Made by a program: the position numbers and the translations under genes. Positions 1-9,761 of a stretch of 32,022 bases of DNA are shown in pieces; position 1 is the stretch's first letter; each line of letters begins with the position of its first letter. The stretch comes from Chloroflexota bacterium (GTDB lineage Bacteria; Chloroflexota; Limnocylindria; Limnocylindrales; CSP1-4), in assembly GCA_031361415.1 (NCBI GenBank), contig JANMCU010000087.1, forward strand, positions 1 to 32,022, in the 5' to 3' direction. Below the pieces are notes generated by a model that did not search any database, had not been told where the DNA came from, and worked only from the letters and a program-made list of their open reading frames with translations.

Positions 1-294
1 CAGGTCGGGTTCGCCCGGGTCGTGACGGATCGGGCGACATTCGCCTGGGTCGGCGACGTGTTCGTCCTCGAGAGCCATCGGGGCCGCGGCCTCGGGCTGT
101 GGCTGATGCGCTGCGTCCTCGCCCACCCCGATCTCCGGGAGCTGCGCCGCTGGATGCTCGCCTCGACCACCGCCCGCGGCCTCTACGCTCGGCTCGGGTT
201 TGCGCCGCTCGGCGCCCCGGAGCGGTTCATGGAGATCGCCGACCCGGGCGTCCACCGCCGCCAGCGCGAGCGCGAGACCCGGCCCACCGACTGA
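1..294 (+). CDS. GNAT family N-acetyltransferase (5' partial)
   Basis: Frame open from base 1: QVGFARVVTDRATFAWVGDVFV...HRGRGLG (acetyl-CoA motif A)...ARGLYARLGF. Confidence 0.85.
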   Translation, partial: QVGFARVVTDRATFAWVGDVFVLESHRGRGLGLWLMRCVLAHPDLRELRRWMLASTTARGLYARLGFAPLGAPERFMEIADPGVHRRQRERETRPTD

Positions 295-311
295 CGTCCC
301 GACAGCCCCGT

Positions 312-1211
312 TCAGTGCTGGGCCTGCTCCGCGTTCGCCTCCCACAGAACGTGCTCGGGGGTCTCGAGCTGGAAGGTCGAGTGGTTGATGTCGAAGTCGG
401 CCGAGAGACACGTCCCCAGGTGGTCGAGGATGTCGCCCGGCCGCGCGTCGGGGCCGAGGACGACGTGGGCGGACACGACGTTCATCCCGCTCGTGATCGT
501 CCAGGCGTGGAGGTCGTGGACGTCGATCACCCCGGGTGCCTCGCGGACGTGGCGCTCGACGTCGGCGAGATCGACTCCCTTCGGTGTCGCCTCGAGCAGG
601 ACGTCGACGCTGTCCTTGAGCAGTCGCACGGTCCGCGGCACGATCAGGATCGCGACGACCAGCGACGCGACCGCGTCGGCCGGCCGCCAACCGATCGTCA
701 GGATCGCGAGCCCGGCGACCAGCACGGCGATCGCGCCCATGAGGTCGCCCGCAATCTCGAGATAGGCGCCGCGCAGCGTCAGGCTCTCACGCTGACCGGG
801 TGCGAGCAGGCGGAGCGAAACGAGGTTCGCCCCGAGCGCCAGCACGGCCACGATGATGACGAGCGACGGTTGGACATCCGGCGGCGCCGCGAACCGGCGG
901 ATGGCCTCGATCGCAACGAGGATCGCGATGCCGAGGAGAACGACCGCGTTGATCGCGGCTGCCAGCATCTCGAGCCGGTAGAGGCCGAAGGATCGACCGC
1001 CCGTCGGCGGCCGCGCGGCGAGACGGATCGCCACGAGCGACAGGCCCATGCCCGAAACGTCGGCGAAGACGTGGCCGGCGTCGGCGAGGAGCGCGAGCGA
1101 GTTGGCGGCGATCCCGGCGATCAGCTCGACCACGAGGATCGCGACGCCGATTCCGATCGCCGCGGCAAGGGGGGCCGCGTGACGACCGGCGGCGGAATGC
1201 GAGTGGGCCAC
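312..1211 (-). CDS. Cation diffusion facilitator (CzcD/ZitB-like Zn/Co/Cd efflux)
   Basis: SLALLADAGHVFAD, SFGLYRLE, IAGD, VHDLHAW, HSTFQLE motifs. Start set at GTG 1211 (AHSH...), 6 nt after a TACGCT -10 box. Confidence 0.9.
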   Translation of the reverse strand: MAHSHSAAGRHAAPLAAAIGIGVAILVVELIAGIAANSLALLADAGHVFADVSGMGLSLVAIRLAARPPTGGRSFGLYRLEMLAAAINAVVLLGIAILVAIEAIRRFAAPPDVQPSLVIIVAVLALGANLVSLRLLAPGQRESLTLRGAYLEIAGDLMGAIAVLVAGLAILTIGWRPADAVASLVVAILIVPRTVRLLKDSVDVLLEATPKGVDLADVERHVREAPGVIDVHDLHAWTITSGMNVVSAHVVLGPDARPGDILDHLGTCLSADFDINHSTFQLETPEHVLWEANAEQAQH

Positions 1212-1258
1212 GGATCGAGCGTAGCGCGTTCCCGGCCGGAAGGCCGGGGTCGGCCGAC

Positions 1259-1891
1259 TCACGTGCCCGGCGGCACCTCGAGCCAGCCTTCGCGCAGGGC
1301 GCGGGTCGCGAGCTCCGTCCGGGACGCGAGATCGAACCGCTCGAACAGGCGGCGGAGGTGCGACTCGACGGTCTTCGGCCCGATCCCCAGGCGCGCCCCG
1401 ATCTCGTCATTCGAGAGACCGTCGACGACGAGCCGGACGACATCGAGCTCGCGCTCGCTCAGGCGGGCAAGGCCGGAACCTGTCCTCGGCCGGATCGAGA
1501 ATGCCATCCCGCCGGCTGCCACCCGCCGGATCGCGTCGAGCAGCTCGGCCAGCGGCGCAGTCTTGAGCACGAACCCGGATGCGCCAAGGCGCAGAGCCGC
1601 CTCGGCGTACTGCGGGTAGTCGTACGCGGTCAGGACGATGATCGCGGGCGTTTCGCCGGTCGTCGTGTCCGTCAGGAGACGCAGACCGGAGTCGGTCCCG
1701 AGGCGGATGTCGAGCAGCACGACGTCGGCCGGTACGGCGGCGATCATGGCGGTCGCCTCGTCGATCGAGCCGGCCGTCCCGACGACGTCGATCCCGGCCT
1801 GGGCCGCCAGGAGAACCGCGGTGCCGTCGCGGACGACCGGATGATCGTCGACGATGAGCAACCGGATCGAGCCGGCGGAAGCGTCCGTCAA
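1259..1891 (-). CDS. NarL/LuxR-family response regulator
   Basis: IVDDHPVVRDG, LLDIRL, FVLK receiver motifs and LSERELDVVRLVVDGLSNDEIG HTH. TTG start overlaps the kinase stop (TTGA). Confidence 0.92.
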   Translation of the reverse strand: MTDASAGSIRLLIVDDHPVVRDGTAVLLAAQAGIDVVGTAGSIDEATAMIAAVPADVVLLDIRLGTDSGLRLLTDTTTGETPAIIVLTAYDYPQYAEAALRLGASGFVLKTAPLAELLDAIRRVAAGGMAFSIRPRTGSGLARLSERELDVVRLVVDGLSNDEIGARLGIGPKTVESHLRRLFERFDLASRTELATRALREGWLEVPPGT

Positions 1892-3582
1892 CGGGGCCGC
1901 CACTCGAGGGCCACGTGGGTCCCACCGGTCGGCCAGCGCTTCACGTCGAGGATCGCCCCGATCTGCTCTGCGCGCTGGGCCATGTTCAACAGCCCGAACC
2001 GGCCGGCCTTCTCCGCGTCGGCCGGCGCCTGGTCGGTGATCCCGGGTCCGGCGTCGTCGATCGCCAGCGAGATCCCGCCGGGCGTCGAGCGATAGCGGAC
2101 GACGATCGGCGGCCTGCCGTGCTTGACCGCGTTCGCCAGCGCTTCCTGGGCGACCCGGAAGATCGCGAGCTCGACATCGGGCGAGTGACGGGCCTCGTCC
2201 GCACGCTCGAGGCGGACCTCGCCGCCGGCGAGGCGCTCGATCCGCAGGACCAGCCAGTCGAGGGCAGGCCCGACCCCGAGGTCGTCGAGGATGGGCAGGC
2301 GCAGGTCGCCGCAGATCGCGCGCAGCCGGTCCGCAACGGTCCGGCCGATCTCCGCGCCCTCGGTGTCGCCCGACGCCTCGAGCCGGCGGACGAGGAGGGT
2401 CAACTCCTGCAGGGCGTCGTCGTGAATGTCGGCTGCGAGCCGGGCCCGCTCGGCCTCGGTCGCGGCAACAACGAGGTCCCGCTGGAGGGTCGCCCGCGTG
2501 GCGAGGCGGGCCAACGGCCGAACGGTGAACCGGCCGGCGACGACGATGGCGCCGAGCCACAGGGCAAGCGGCCAGATGAACGGCGACTGGTCGGTGCCGA
2601 CCGCGAACAGCGGGGTTGCACCGGCAAGGGCAAGCTCGGTTGATTGGAGAAGCCCGCCGGCCCCGCGCCCGACGCCCGTCCTGAGCGAGTCGAAGTTGAC
2701 CGGCCCGGCGGCGATCAGCCCCGGCAGCAGCGGGATGGCTCCGATCAGGACCCAACGTAGCGTCGCGCCGGCCCGGACCGAGACGCCCGTCGCCTCGCCG
2801 ACGATGAGAACGATGGCGGCCAGAGCGAGCGCACCGATGACGATCAGGACGATCCGTCGCTCGTCGGGTGACTCGATCGGATCGGCGAGGGCGAGGGCGA
2901 GTGGGAGCATCGCGGCCAGGGTCAGTAATCCGGCGCCGATGGTCGCCCAGGCAGCGCCAGTCGAGGCCAGAGGCAGGACGAGGAGCGGCACCGACGCGGC
3001 GACCGCGAGGGACAATCCGATCGGCCGAAGCGAGGCGCCGGCGCGGCCCGTCTGGAGCCACCACACCCCGCCGAGGAGGACGGCGATGCCCGGTAGCAGC
3101 GCGTAGCCGGATTCCTGGTAGTCGAAGAGCCCGGGGTAGGTGTAACCCGAGACGGCCCAGTTGTCCGCCTGACCCGTCTGCAGGTCGGCGGGCCGGATCA
3201 GGTCGACCTCCTGGACGGGCTCGGCGGCGAGGCCGAGGAGCGCGTCCGTGGAGAGCGCGATCGTCGTCGGGACTGCGGGTTCGACGCCCTTGACCGGCGG
3301 GGGGCCGTCCGGTGGGTCCGAGGGACCGGGCTCGCCGAACTGGGTGGCCGGAAGACGGATCAATTGCTGGCCGTTGAACGTGACGGCGATCATCCCGGCC
3401 TCGACCCCGTCGCGCGCCGCCTGGCTGGAACGCTCGACCGAGCCGACCACGAGGCGGCCGTTGTCGAGCGCCCATCGGATCCCGCTGTCGTACGTCCCGA
3501 AGGCCGTGGCGGCCAACCCGGCGATGAGGGCGATGGCCGCGATGACGATCGCGATTCGGTCGCGTAGCTGGGTCGTCAACAC
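1888..3582 (-). CDS. Membrane sensor histidine kinase (HisKA_3/NarX type)
   Basis: Several TM segments; ERARLAADIHDDALQ H-box; QEALANAVKH, DDAGPG and FGLLNM ATPase boxes. Confidence 0.92.
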   Translation of the reverse strand: MLTTQLRDRIAIVIAAIALIAGLAATAFGTYDSGIRWALDNGRLVVGSVERSSQAARDGVEAGMIAVTFNGQQLIRLPATQFGEPGPSDPPDGPPPVKGVEPAVPTTIALSTDALLGLAAEPVQEVDLIRPADLQTGQADNWAVSGYTYPGLFDYQESGYALLPGIAVLLGGVWWLQTGRAGASLRPIGLSLAVAASVPLLVLPLASTGAAWATIGAGLLTLAAMLPLALALADPIESPDERRIVLIVIGALALAAIVLIVGEATGVSVRAGATLRWVLIGAIPLLPGLIAAGPVNFDSLRTGVGRGAGGLLQSTELALAGATPLFAVGTDQSPFIWPLALWLGAIVVAGRFTVRPLARLATRATLQRDLVVAATEAERARLAADIHDDALQELTLLVRRLEASGDTEGAEIGRTVADRLRAICGDLRLPILDDLGVGPALDWLVLRIERLAGGEVRLERADEARHSPDVELAIFRVAQEALANAVKHGRPPIVVRYRSTPGGISLAIDDAGPGITDQAPADAEKAGRFGLLNMAQRAEQIGAILDVKRWPTGGTHVALEWRPR

Positions 3583-3813
3583 GGCCCGACGGTATCAGAC
3601 GGCCCGGCTCGGGCCGTACCGGGATGTCCCGCAACGGCTCGCCGGGGAGTGACGGCTGGAGTCGGCGCCGGCGGCGCTGGACGATGACGGCCGCACGACC
3701 CGTGCGGCCGGCGCTCGCTCTGGGGGGCGGGCGCCGGCACGCTGGCCTGACGGCGCGCGGATACAGTGCAAGTCACCCGCCGGTCCGAGGCCGGCACTAC
3801 CGAGGAGGGACGG

Positions 3814-4713
3814 ATGACGGCGGTCCTCGAGGCCCATGGCTTCGGCAAGCGCTATCGACGGCGGAACTGGGCGCTGCGCGGTGTCGACCTGACGGTTCCG
3901 GAGGGGACGATCACGGCGCTCGTCGGACCGAACGGGTCCGGCAAGTCGACCCTGATCCGGGCCTGGATCGGGTTCGAGCGCGCGACCGAGGGTCGCCTGT
4001 CAACGGGCGGCGTCGATCCGCGTGTCGACCGCGCGGCAGCGGTCGCCCGGGTCGGCTACGTGCCCCAGTCGCCGTCGCTGTACGGCAACCTGACGATTGC
4101 CGAGCACATCACCCTCGCGACGACGCTCCGCGAGGGGTTCGACGCGACGCTCGCCGCCCACTACATCGAGCGCCTGTCGATTCCACTGTCAGCGTCGGCG
4201 TCGGAGCTGTCCGGGGGCGAGCAGGCACAGGTCGGCCTCGCCCTCGCGCTGGGCACGCGAGCGCGGATCCTGCTCCTCGACGAACCGCTTGCCAGCCTCG
4301 ACCCGCTGGCTCGCCGGGAGTTCCTCCACGTCCTGGTCGAAGCCGTCCGGTCCGAGGGCCACACGGCACTCCTGTCATCACACGTCATCACCGACATCGA
4401 ACAGGCCTGCGACCGCCTGATCGTCCTGGGCAAGGGCCACACCCTGCTCGACCTGTCGATTTCGGAGGCCCTCGCCCACCACCGGGTCATCGAGGGGTCA
4501 CCGATCGCCCCGATCGCCCCCGACCGCCTCGTCGGATCGTTCCCGTCGGCATCCGGCGAAGGGCTCACCCTCGTCCGGGTCCCGGCCGCTCAGGCGCTGA
4601 CCGCGGAGGTCGTGGAGGAAGGTCGGCCAGCAACGCTCGAAGAGGTCGTGATCGGCCACATGGCCGCCGGTCGGGTCCGGCGGGTCGCCGCCGCAGTCGA
4701 GGCGGCCGCGTAA
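3814..4713 (+). CDS. ABC transporter ATP-binding protein
   Basis: GPNGSGKST, LSGGE, LLLDEP, SSH motifs; GGAGG RBS before ATG 3814. Confidence 0.93.
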   Translation: MTAVLEAHGFGKRYRRRNWALRGVDLTVPEGTITALVGPNGSGKSTLIRAWIGFERATEGRLSTGGVDPRVDRAAAVARVGYVPQSPSLYGNLTIAEHITLATTLREGFDATLAAHYIERLSIPLSASASELSGGEQAQVGLALALGTRARILLLDEPLASLDPLARREFLHVLVEAVRSEGHTALLSSHVITDIEQACDRLIVLGKGHTLLDLSISEALAHHRVIEGSPIAPIAPDRLVGSFPSASGEGLTLVRVPAAQALTAEVVEEGRPATLEEVVIGHMAAGRVRRVAAAVEAAA

Positions 4714-5648
4714 TGCTGACCGCGACCCGCCTGACCTATCGAATCAACCGGTTCGAGATCCGCTCGATCCTGGTCGTGACCGGCCTGTCGGTCGCGGTCT
4801 CGGCGGCGGTCCTCGCCTGGATCGCCTCGAGCGGCTACGCCGCGTGCATCGTGGTCTACGACACGCCGACGGTCGCCTGCCTGAACCTGATGGACCTCGG
4901 CCGAATTGCGACGCGGATCGCCTCGACCTCCATGAACCTCGTGCCGATCTTCCCGTTCCTGGCCGGTCTGCTCCTCGGGGCGCCGGTCATTGCCCGCGAG
5001 CTCGACCGCGGGACGGCCCGCCTGGCCTGGTCGCTCGGCCCGTCGCGAACACGCTGGTTCTCGCAGCGCGTCGCCCTGATCGTCGTCGTGACCGTCGTCG
5101 CGTGCTTCGCGATCGGGTTGATCGCCGATCGGCTCGTCGCACTCTTCGCGCCGAACGTCGATCTTGCGAACTCATTCACGGGCTTCCACCAGCGCGGCGT
5201 GCTGATCGCGACGACCGGCTTCCTCGTCGTGGCCATCGCGATCGGGGTCGGCGCCATCGTCGGACGAACGGTGCCCACCCTGATCCTCGCCCTCCTGCTC
5301 AGCGGCGCCAGCTTCGCGGCGATCCTCGAAGTCGACAACAAGCTGCTGATCAATGAGGCGGTCCCGCTTCAGGACAACTCGGGCCAGGACAACTCGCGAA
5401 ACGACCTCCAGCTCGATTCGCGCTTCCAGCTGCCCGATGGTCGGCTCGTGACCTGGGACGAGCTGACGGTGATCGACCCGGGTGCGATGGAGTCGCCGGA
5501 CGGCATCCAGTACCCGTACGTCCCACTCGGCATCCCCGGCACGCGCTATGGCGAGATCGTGACCCGCGAAGGCCTCGTCGAGATCGCGGTCGGCCTTGCG
5601 TTCCTTGGCCTCGGGGCGTTCGTCGTGTCGCGCCGGCGGCCGGGCTGA
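4713..5648 (+). CDS. ABC-2-type exporter permease
   Basis: ATG overlaps the ATPase stop (TAATG); GAPVIARELDRGTARLAWS motif; multiple TM helices. Confidence 0.85.
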   Translation: MLTATRLTYRINRFEIRSILVVTGLSVAVSAAVLAWIASSGYAACIVVYDTPTVACLNLMDLGRIATRIASTSMNLVPIFPFLAGLLLGAPVIARELDRGTARLAWSLGPSRTRWFSQRVALIVVVTVVACFAIGLIADRLVALFAPNVDLANSFTGFHQRGVLIATTGFLVVAIAIGVGAIVGRTVPTLILALLLSGASFAAILEVDNKLLINEAVPLQDNSGQDNSRNDLQLDSRFQLPDGRLVTWDELTVIDPGAMESPDGIQYPYVPLGIPGTRYGEIVTREGLVEIAVGLAFLGLGAFVVSRRRPG

Positions 5649-5701
5649 CGGTCTCGGTCGACCCGACGCGGAAACCGTCCAGCAGGCCGGATAATTCGGG
5701 G

Positions 5702-6637
5702 GTGAGCCAAGCCCTTGTTGCCTTCGACGACGCCGCCGAGCGGCTGTTCGGCGGCCTGCGCCGGGTCGTCGGCCGACGGCTGCCTGTTCTCGCCCGGCTC
5801 GAGACGCCGACGTGGGTCGGGCTCGTCGTCGCCGTCGGGCTGTGGGGTCTGATCGTCGGGTTCAGCGCACCATGGGGGCGGCTGTGGGGAACGGGCCAGG
5901 ATGCCTACTGCTACTGGCAGGCGGCGCAGGACCTCTCCCACCCCTACATCCACAGCGACTGGAACGACCCGATCGCATACGTGTACTCACCGGCGTTCCT
6001 CCAGCTGGTCTCGCCGCTGACCGCGCTGCCGTGGCAGGCGTTCATGGCGGCCTGGACCGCGATCCTCGTCCTGGCCGTCCGATTCCTGACCGGGCCGCGC
6101 CTGCTCGCTGCCGGTCTCGTCTTCCCGTTCGCGGCGATGGAGGTCGCCGGCGGCAACGTGTCGCTGCTCCTGGCGGTCGCGATCGTGATCGGGTTCCGCT
6201 GGCCGGCCGCCTGGTCGATCGTATTGCTGACGAAGATCACGCCCGGGATCGGCCTGCTGTGGTTCGCGGTCCGACGCGAGTGGCGTCCGCTGGCCATCGC
6301 CCTTGGCGCGACGGCCGGGATCGCACTTGTGTCGTTCGCGATCCTGCCCGACCAGTGGCGGACATGGATCGACGTCGTCATCCGGAACGCAGCGGCGGGC
6401 AAGGGCGGAACGTGGGCGTCGGTCCCGATCCCGTTGTGGATCCGGCTGCCGGCCGCCGTCGTCATCGTGGTCTGGGGCGCCCGGACGGATCGGCGCTGGA
6501 CGGTCCCGGTCGCATCGATGCTGGCGTTGCCGGCGCTGTGGTACGGAGGGCTCTCGATGCTCCTCGCGGTCATCCCGTTGCTGCCCGACCGGAATGCGGC
6601 TCGATCGAGTGCTCGCGCTGGCGCTGCGCCGCGATGA
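5702..6637 (+). CDS. GT-C glycosyltransferase, family 87 (DUF2029-like)
   Basis: DAYCYW, YVYSPAF, GGNV, LTKITPG motifs in a polytopic membrane protein. Confidence 0.8.
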   Translation: MSQALVAFDDAAERLFGGLRRVVGRRLPVLARLETPTWVGLVVAVGLWGLIVGFSAPWGRLWGTGQDAYCYWQAAQDLSHPYIHSDWNDPIAYVYSPAFLQLVSPLTALPWQAFMAAWTAILVLAVRFLTGPRLLAAGLVFPFAAMEVAGGNVSLLLAVAIVIGFRWPAAWSIVLLTKITPGIGLLWFAVRREWRPLAIALGATAGIALVSFAILPDQWRTWIDVVIRNAAAGKGGTWASVPIPLWIRLPAAVVIVVWGARTDRRWTVPVASMLALPALWYGGLSMLLAVIPLLPDRNAARSSARAGAAPR

Positions 6638-7047
6638 AGGCGATGCTCGCGCTGATCCTGGCGGTACTGGTTGGCGGATGCTCTCTATTGCCCGGCCCAG
6701 CCTGGGGCGATCGCGTTGCGACGACCGCGCGGGCCGCCGTTGCGAACCAGCCGGTCGTCGGCCGCGGGCCCAGTTCCATCACGCTCATGCCGATCTCGCC
6801 AAGAGGTGCCGTGATCGGCGTCGAGTACGGCTACGACATGCCGCATTGCGGGATCCTCAGTCCGATCGACGTCGACGGAAGCTTCTGGGACGCAGTCGGC
6901 GAGCCGGCCGACCCGGTCGCGTTCGATGGCCAGCAGGGAGCCTTTCGGCTGTCCACCACGGACACCGCCGTCTTCACACGAGCGGATGGCCTGGCGCTCG
7001 ACCTCACGCGCCACTCCGGCCCCAAGGAATTCCAGCTCTGTTCGTGA
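6634..7047 (+). CDS. Hypothetical lipoprotein
   Basis: ATGA overlap with GT87; signal peptide MKAMLALILAVLVGGC with lipobox-like Cys; HCG...DGSFW...C-terminal Cys. Confidence 0.7.
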   Translation: MKAMLALILAVLVGGCSLLPGPAWGDRVATTARAAVANQPVVGRGPSSITLMPISPRGAVIGVEYGYDMPHCGILSPIDVDGSFWDAVGEPADPVAFDGQQGAFRLSTTDTAVFTRADGLALDLTRHSGPKEFQLCS

Positions 7048-7065
7048 CGCCGGGCCCGTTCGGGC

Positions 7066-7988
7066 TCAGGCGGCCCGGACCGGAACCGTGAGCGCGACCG
7101 TCATGCCGCTCGTGACGTCGCCAGTGACCGTGCCCAGCTCGTGGATCGCGCCGTCGTCGCCGAAGACCATGTCGGACTGGAGCGAGACCTGGCCAAGGTT
7201 CGCGACGCTCTGGCTGTAGCCGTCGGTGGCGTACACAAGCGCGCAGGCGTCCCTGGGCAGCGCGATCTGCGAGGTCGCGATCTTGTTCGCCTCGTTGGTC
7301 GCCGCCTCGAGGTCGGTGTAGACCTCGAAGTGGATGTGCGGCCAGCGACCCGAGTAGCAGGCCGGGAAGATGCTCTGGAAGGTCGCGACACCCGACCCGT
7401 CGGTCGCCTGGACGCCGCGCAGGTAGTTCTCGCTCGCGGCCGCCTGCGAGTAGAGCGAGTAGTTGCCGGCCTGGTCGCAATGCCAGAGGTAGACCGCGGC
7501 CCCGTCATCGGCGCGCAGCGGTTGGCGGCGTCCTGGATCGCGAGCTTGATCGTGAGCGGCACGCCTGTCACGGTGGTCTTGGACGTGCCGAAGCTCGAGC
7601 GGATGTCGGCGCGAACGATGCCGCTCTGGGCCAGAACGTTCGGGCCGTTCGAACCGTCACCGGGAAATGGTCCCGCGGTCTCCTCGGGGATGACGGCGCA
7701 GTCTGCGGCGACGGCTGAGCCGGTCGCGGCGGCAACGGCTGAGCCGGTCGCGGCGGCGCTCCCGGTCGCGCTCGATGTCGCGGAAGCCGAGGACAACGGC
7801 GTGCCGGAGGCGCCCGGCGCGCACGCCACGATCGACATCAGGCCGGCGCTGATCGTGGTCAGCCCGGCCAGCTTGAGGACCTGGCGGCGGTCGATCAGGG
7901 TCGAGAGGTCGTAGACGAGGCCACGATCGGTCTCTTCGAGCTGCTCGTGGAGCGCGACCGCGCGATCGGGCGGAAGGTTCAGGGCCAC
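7066..7988 (-). pseudogene. Tat-exported intradiol ring-cleavage dioxygenase, split by a 1-bp frameshift near 7500 (pseudogene or sequencing error)
   Basis: 5' half RRQVL...EETAGPFPGDG...VRADIRSS; continues in another frame AVYLWHCDQAGNYSLYS...YLRGVQ...YSGRWPHIHFEVY to TGA at 7066. Confidence 0.85.
7711..7758. repeat. 24-bp tandem duplication in the dioxygenase Ala/Ser/Thr linker
   Basis: ACGGCTGAGCCGGTCGCGGCGGC(A/G) x2, encoding an AAATGSAV repeat. Confidence 0.85.
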
Positions 7989-8221
7989 GGGCGGGCTCCT
8001 CGGCTGATGGCGTCCCTCCGCACATTGTCGGTGGCGACGGGCACACTGTCGTTTTCTCGACCTTGCGGAACCGTGACACGAGGTGAAGCCGGGTTCGTTG
8101 CCGGCGCATCGTGATTCCCGCGGGCGACGCGTCAGACCCTCCCGGACAGTCGCAACGTCGACCGTGTCGAACCGTGCCGGCGGCAGATCGTTCAGCGCCG
8201 GTCCTCGAGCTCCTCCGACGT

Positions 8222-8325
8222 TGAGTCAGCAAGCGACTCAATTTGACCGGCAGTGAGCGTGCCGCTGCCGGAATTGCGACCGATCGCCTCGTGGTGTTGG
8301 CGATTCTGAGTCGCCAAACGACTCA
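8222..8325. repeat. 104-bp dyad element, copy 1 (two TGAGTC-N7-GACTCA palindromes)
   Basis: Palindromes at 8222-8240 and 8307-8325; same architecture at 16866-16969. Confidence 0.8.
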
Positions 8326-8360
8326 CGGCGCCTTCCTCCCCTTCGTCCCGGCCGGGTGCC

Positions 8361-9650
8361 TCAGGCGCGACCGGCCGGAGCCGTGAGCTCGGGCGATGGA
8401 TCCGGCGGGGTCGCGCGCGTCCGGACCCGGAGGGCCACCACGATCGCGCCGACGAGGAATACCGCGGCACCCGCCCAGAACGGGCCGGTCGGGCCCGCAA
8501 CGGCCGACACCGCGCCGCCGACGAGCGGCCCGATGATCCCGGCCGCGTACAGGGGCAGGTAGACGAGGTTGAGCGTCTGGGAGCGTCGGTCGGCCGGAAC
8601 CTCCGTGGCGAGCAGGCTGAAGACCATCGCACCGACGAGGCCGTTGGCCGCGGTGAAGACGAGGATCGAGGCCGCCAGCGGCGGGATCGCGTGGATCAGT
8701 GGAACGGCCAGCAGGGCGAAGCCGCCGACGAAGAGCGACACGATCAGGACCGGCCGGAACCCGATCCGGTCGCCGACGACCCCGCCGAGCGGCGCGATCA
8801 GCGCCCCGACGAATGCGGCCGTGCCCGCCACGAACCCGATCGACGAGGCGAGGCCGGGGCCCGTTCCGACGATCGACTCGACGATCAGTGCCTGGTACGG
8901 CCTACTCATCTGGTTGGCGACGAACGCCACGCCGTAGATCGCGAAGATCCGCCGGACCGTGGGGTCGCCGAGGACGCTGCGCAACGCCCCATAAGCCAGG
9001 GGGAGGATCCGACCCGCGGGGACGACGGGCGGCCGGACCTCCGTCGATCCGAACCAGATCACGGCCGCGGTCGCGATCGACAACGCGGCCGACACCCAGA
9101 AGATCGACGGGAGCGGCCAGTGCAGCCCATCGACGAGGAATCCGCCGAGCGTCGGCCCGATCGTGAACCCGATCGGGCCGGACGCACCGAACAGCGCGCT
9201 CACCGTGCCGATCCGGTGGCGTGGCACGACGTCCCGGATCGCGCCGAGCATGATTCCGGTGTTCCCGAGCTGGAAGCCGATCAGGAGCAGGCTCACCGCC
9301 AGCTGCCACGGCTCGCGCGAGAGCGCGACGCATGCGAACACGACCGCCTCGACGAGGCAGCTCCGGACGACGACGGCCTTGCGGCTGTACTTGTCGGCCC
9401 ACACGCCCCACAGCGGAACGAGCGGCATCCCGACGACGAAGATGAGCGCGGAGAACAGCCCGACGAACGGCGCTCGATCCGCATCCGGGACGCCCACGAT
9501 CCGGAGGTATGGCGCCAGGAACGAGAACACCTGGCTGACGCCGATGCCTTCGACCATCGAGGTCAACCAGAAGACGACGACGATCCGCTTCCAGTCGGAT
9601 CGGCCGTCGCGCTCTCGGTCGCGTGGTTCCGGGGCGGGCTCGGCTGACAT
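8361..9650 (-). CDS. MFS transporter (DHA1-like)
   Basis: GVWADKYSRK and GVVGDRIGFR motif-A repeats, about 12 TM; ATG 9650 lies 8 nt after TAGGCT. Confidence 0.9.
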   Translation of the reverse strand: MSAEPAPEPRDRERDGRSDWKRIVVVFWLTSMVEGIGVSQVFSFLAPYLRIVGVPDADRAPFVGLFSALIFVVGMPLVPLWGVWADKYSRKAVVVRSCLVEAVVFACVALSREPWQLAVSLLLIGFQLGNTGIMLGAIRDVVPRHRIGTVSALFGASGPIGFTIGPTLGGFLVDGLHWPLPSIFWVSAALSIATAAVIWFGSTEVRPPVVPAGRILPLAYGALRSVLGDPTVRRIFAIYGVAFVANQMSRPYQALIVESIVGTGPGLASSIGFVAGTAAFVGALIAPLGGVVGDRIGFRPVLIVSLFVGGFALLAVPLIHAIPPLAASILVFTAANGLVGAMVFSLLATEVPADRRSQTLNLVYLPLYAAGIIGPLVGGAVSAVAGPTGPFWAGAAVFLVGAIVVALRVRTRATPPDPSPELTAPAGRA

Positions 9651-9761
9651 GGCGACGAAGCCTACCGGGTCCGGGGAGGCCGATGTCCGCCGGATCCCCG
9701 GGGTCCACCCGAACCGACTGCGCCAACCGGACGTAGACTCGATCGAGGAAGGGAGGCGAGC

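Noticed and set aside
1259-3634. Apparent 791-aa response regulator and similar long N-terminal extensions (permease, MFS, Mre11, selA, GT2, mobA)
   Set aside because: The extensions overlap neighbouring genes or the tRNA; better starts are supported by RBS, -10 boxes or stop/start overlaps.
7036-7065. Lipoprotein ending C-S-TGA as a possible CxU selenoprotein
   Set aside because: A convergent gene ends about 20 nt later and there is no SECIS like the one after the FDH UGA; an ordinary stop is more likely.
8221-8241. TTGAGT...ACTCAA as an HspR HAIR or CIRCE operator
   Set aside because: HAIR has 7 nt between TTGAGT and ACTCAA whereas this has 9; the arms do not match CIRCE; no chaperone genes nearby; the second element lies between convergent genes.
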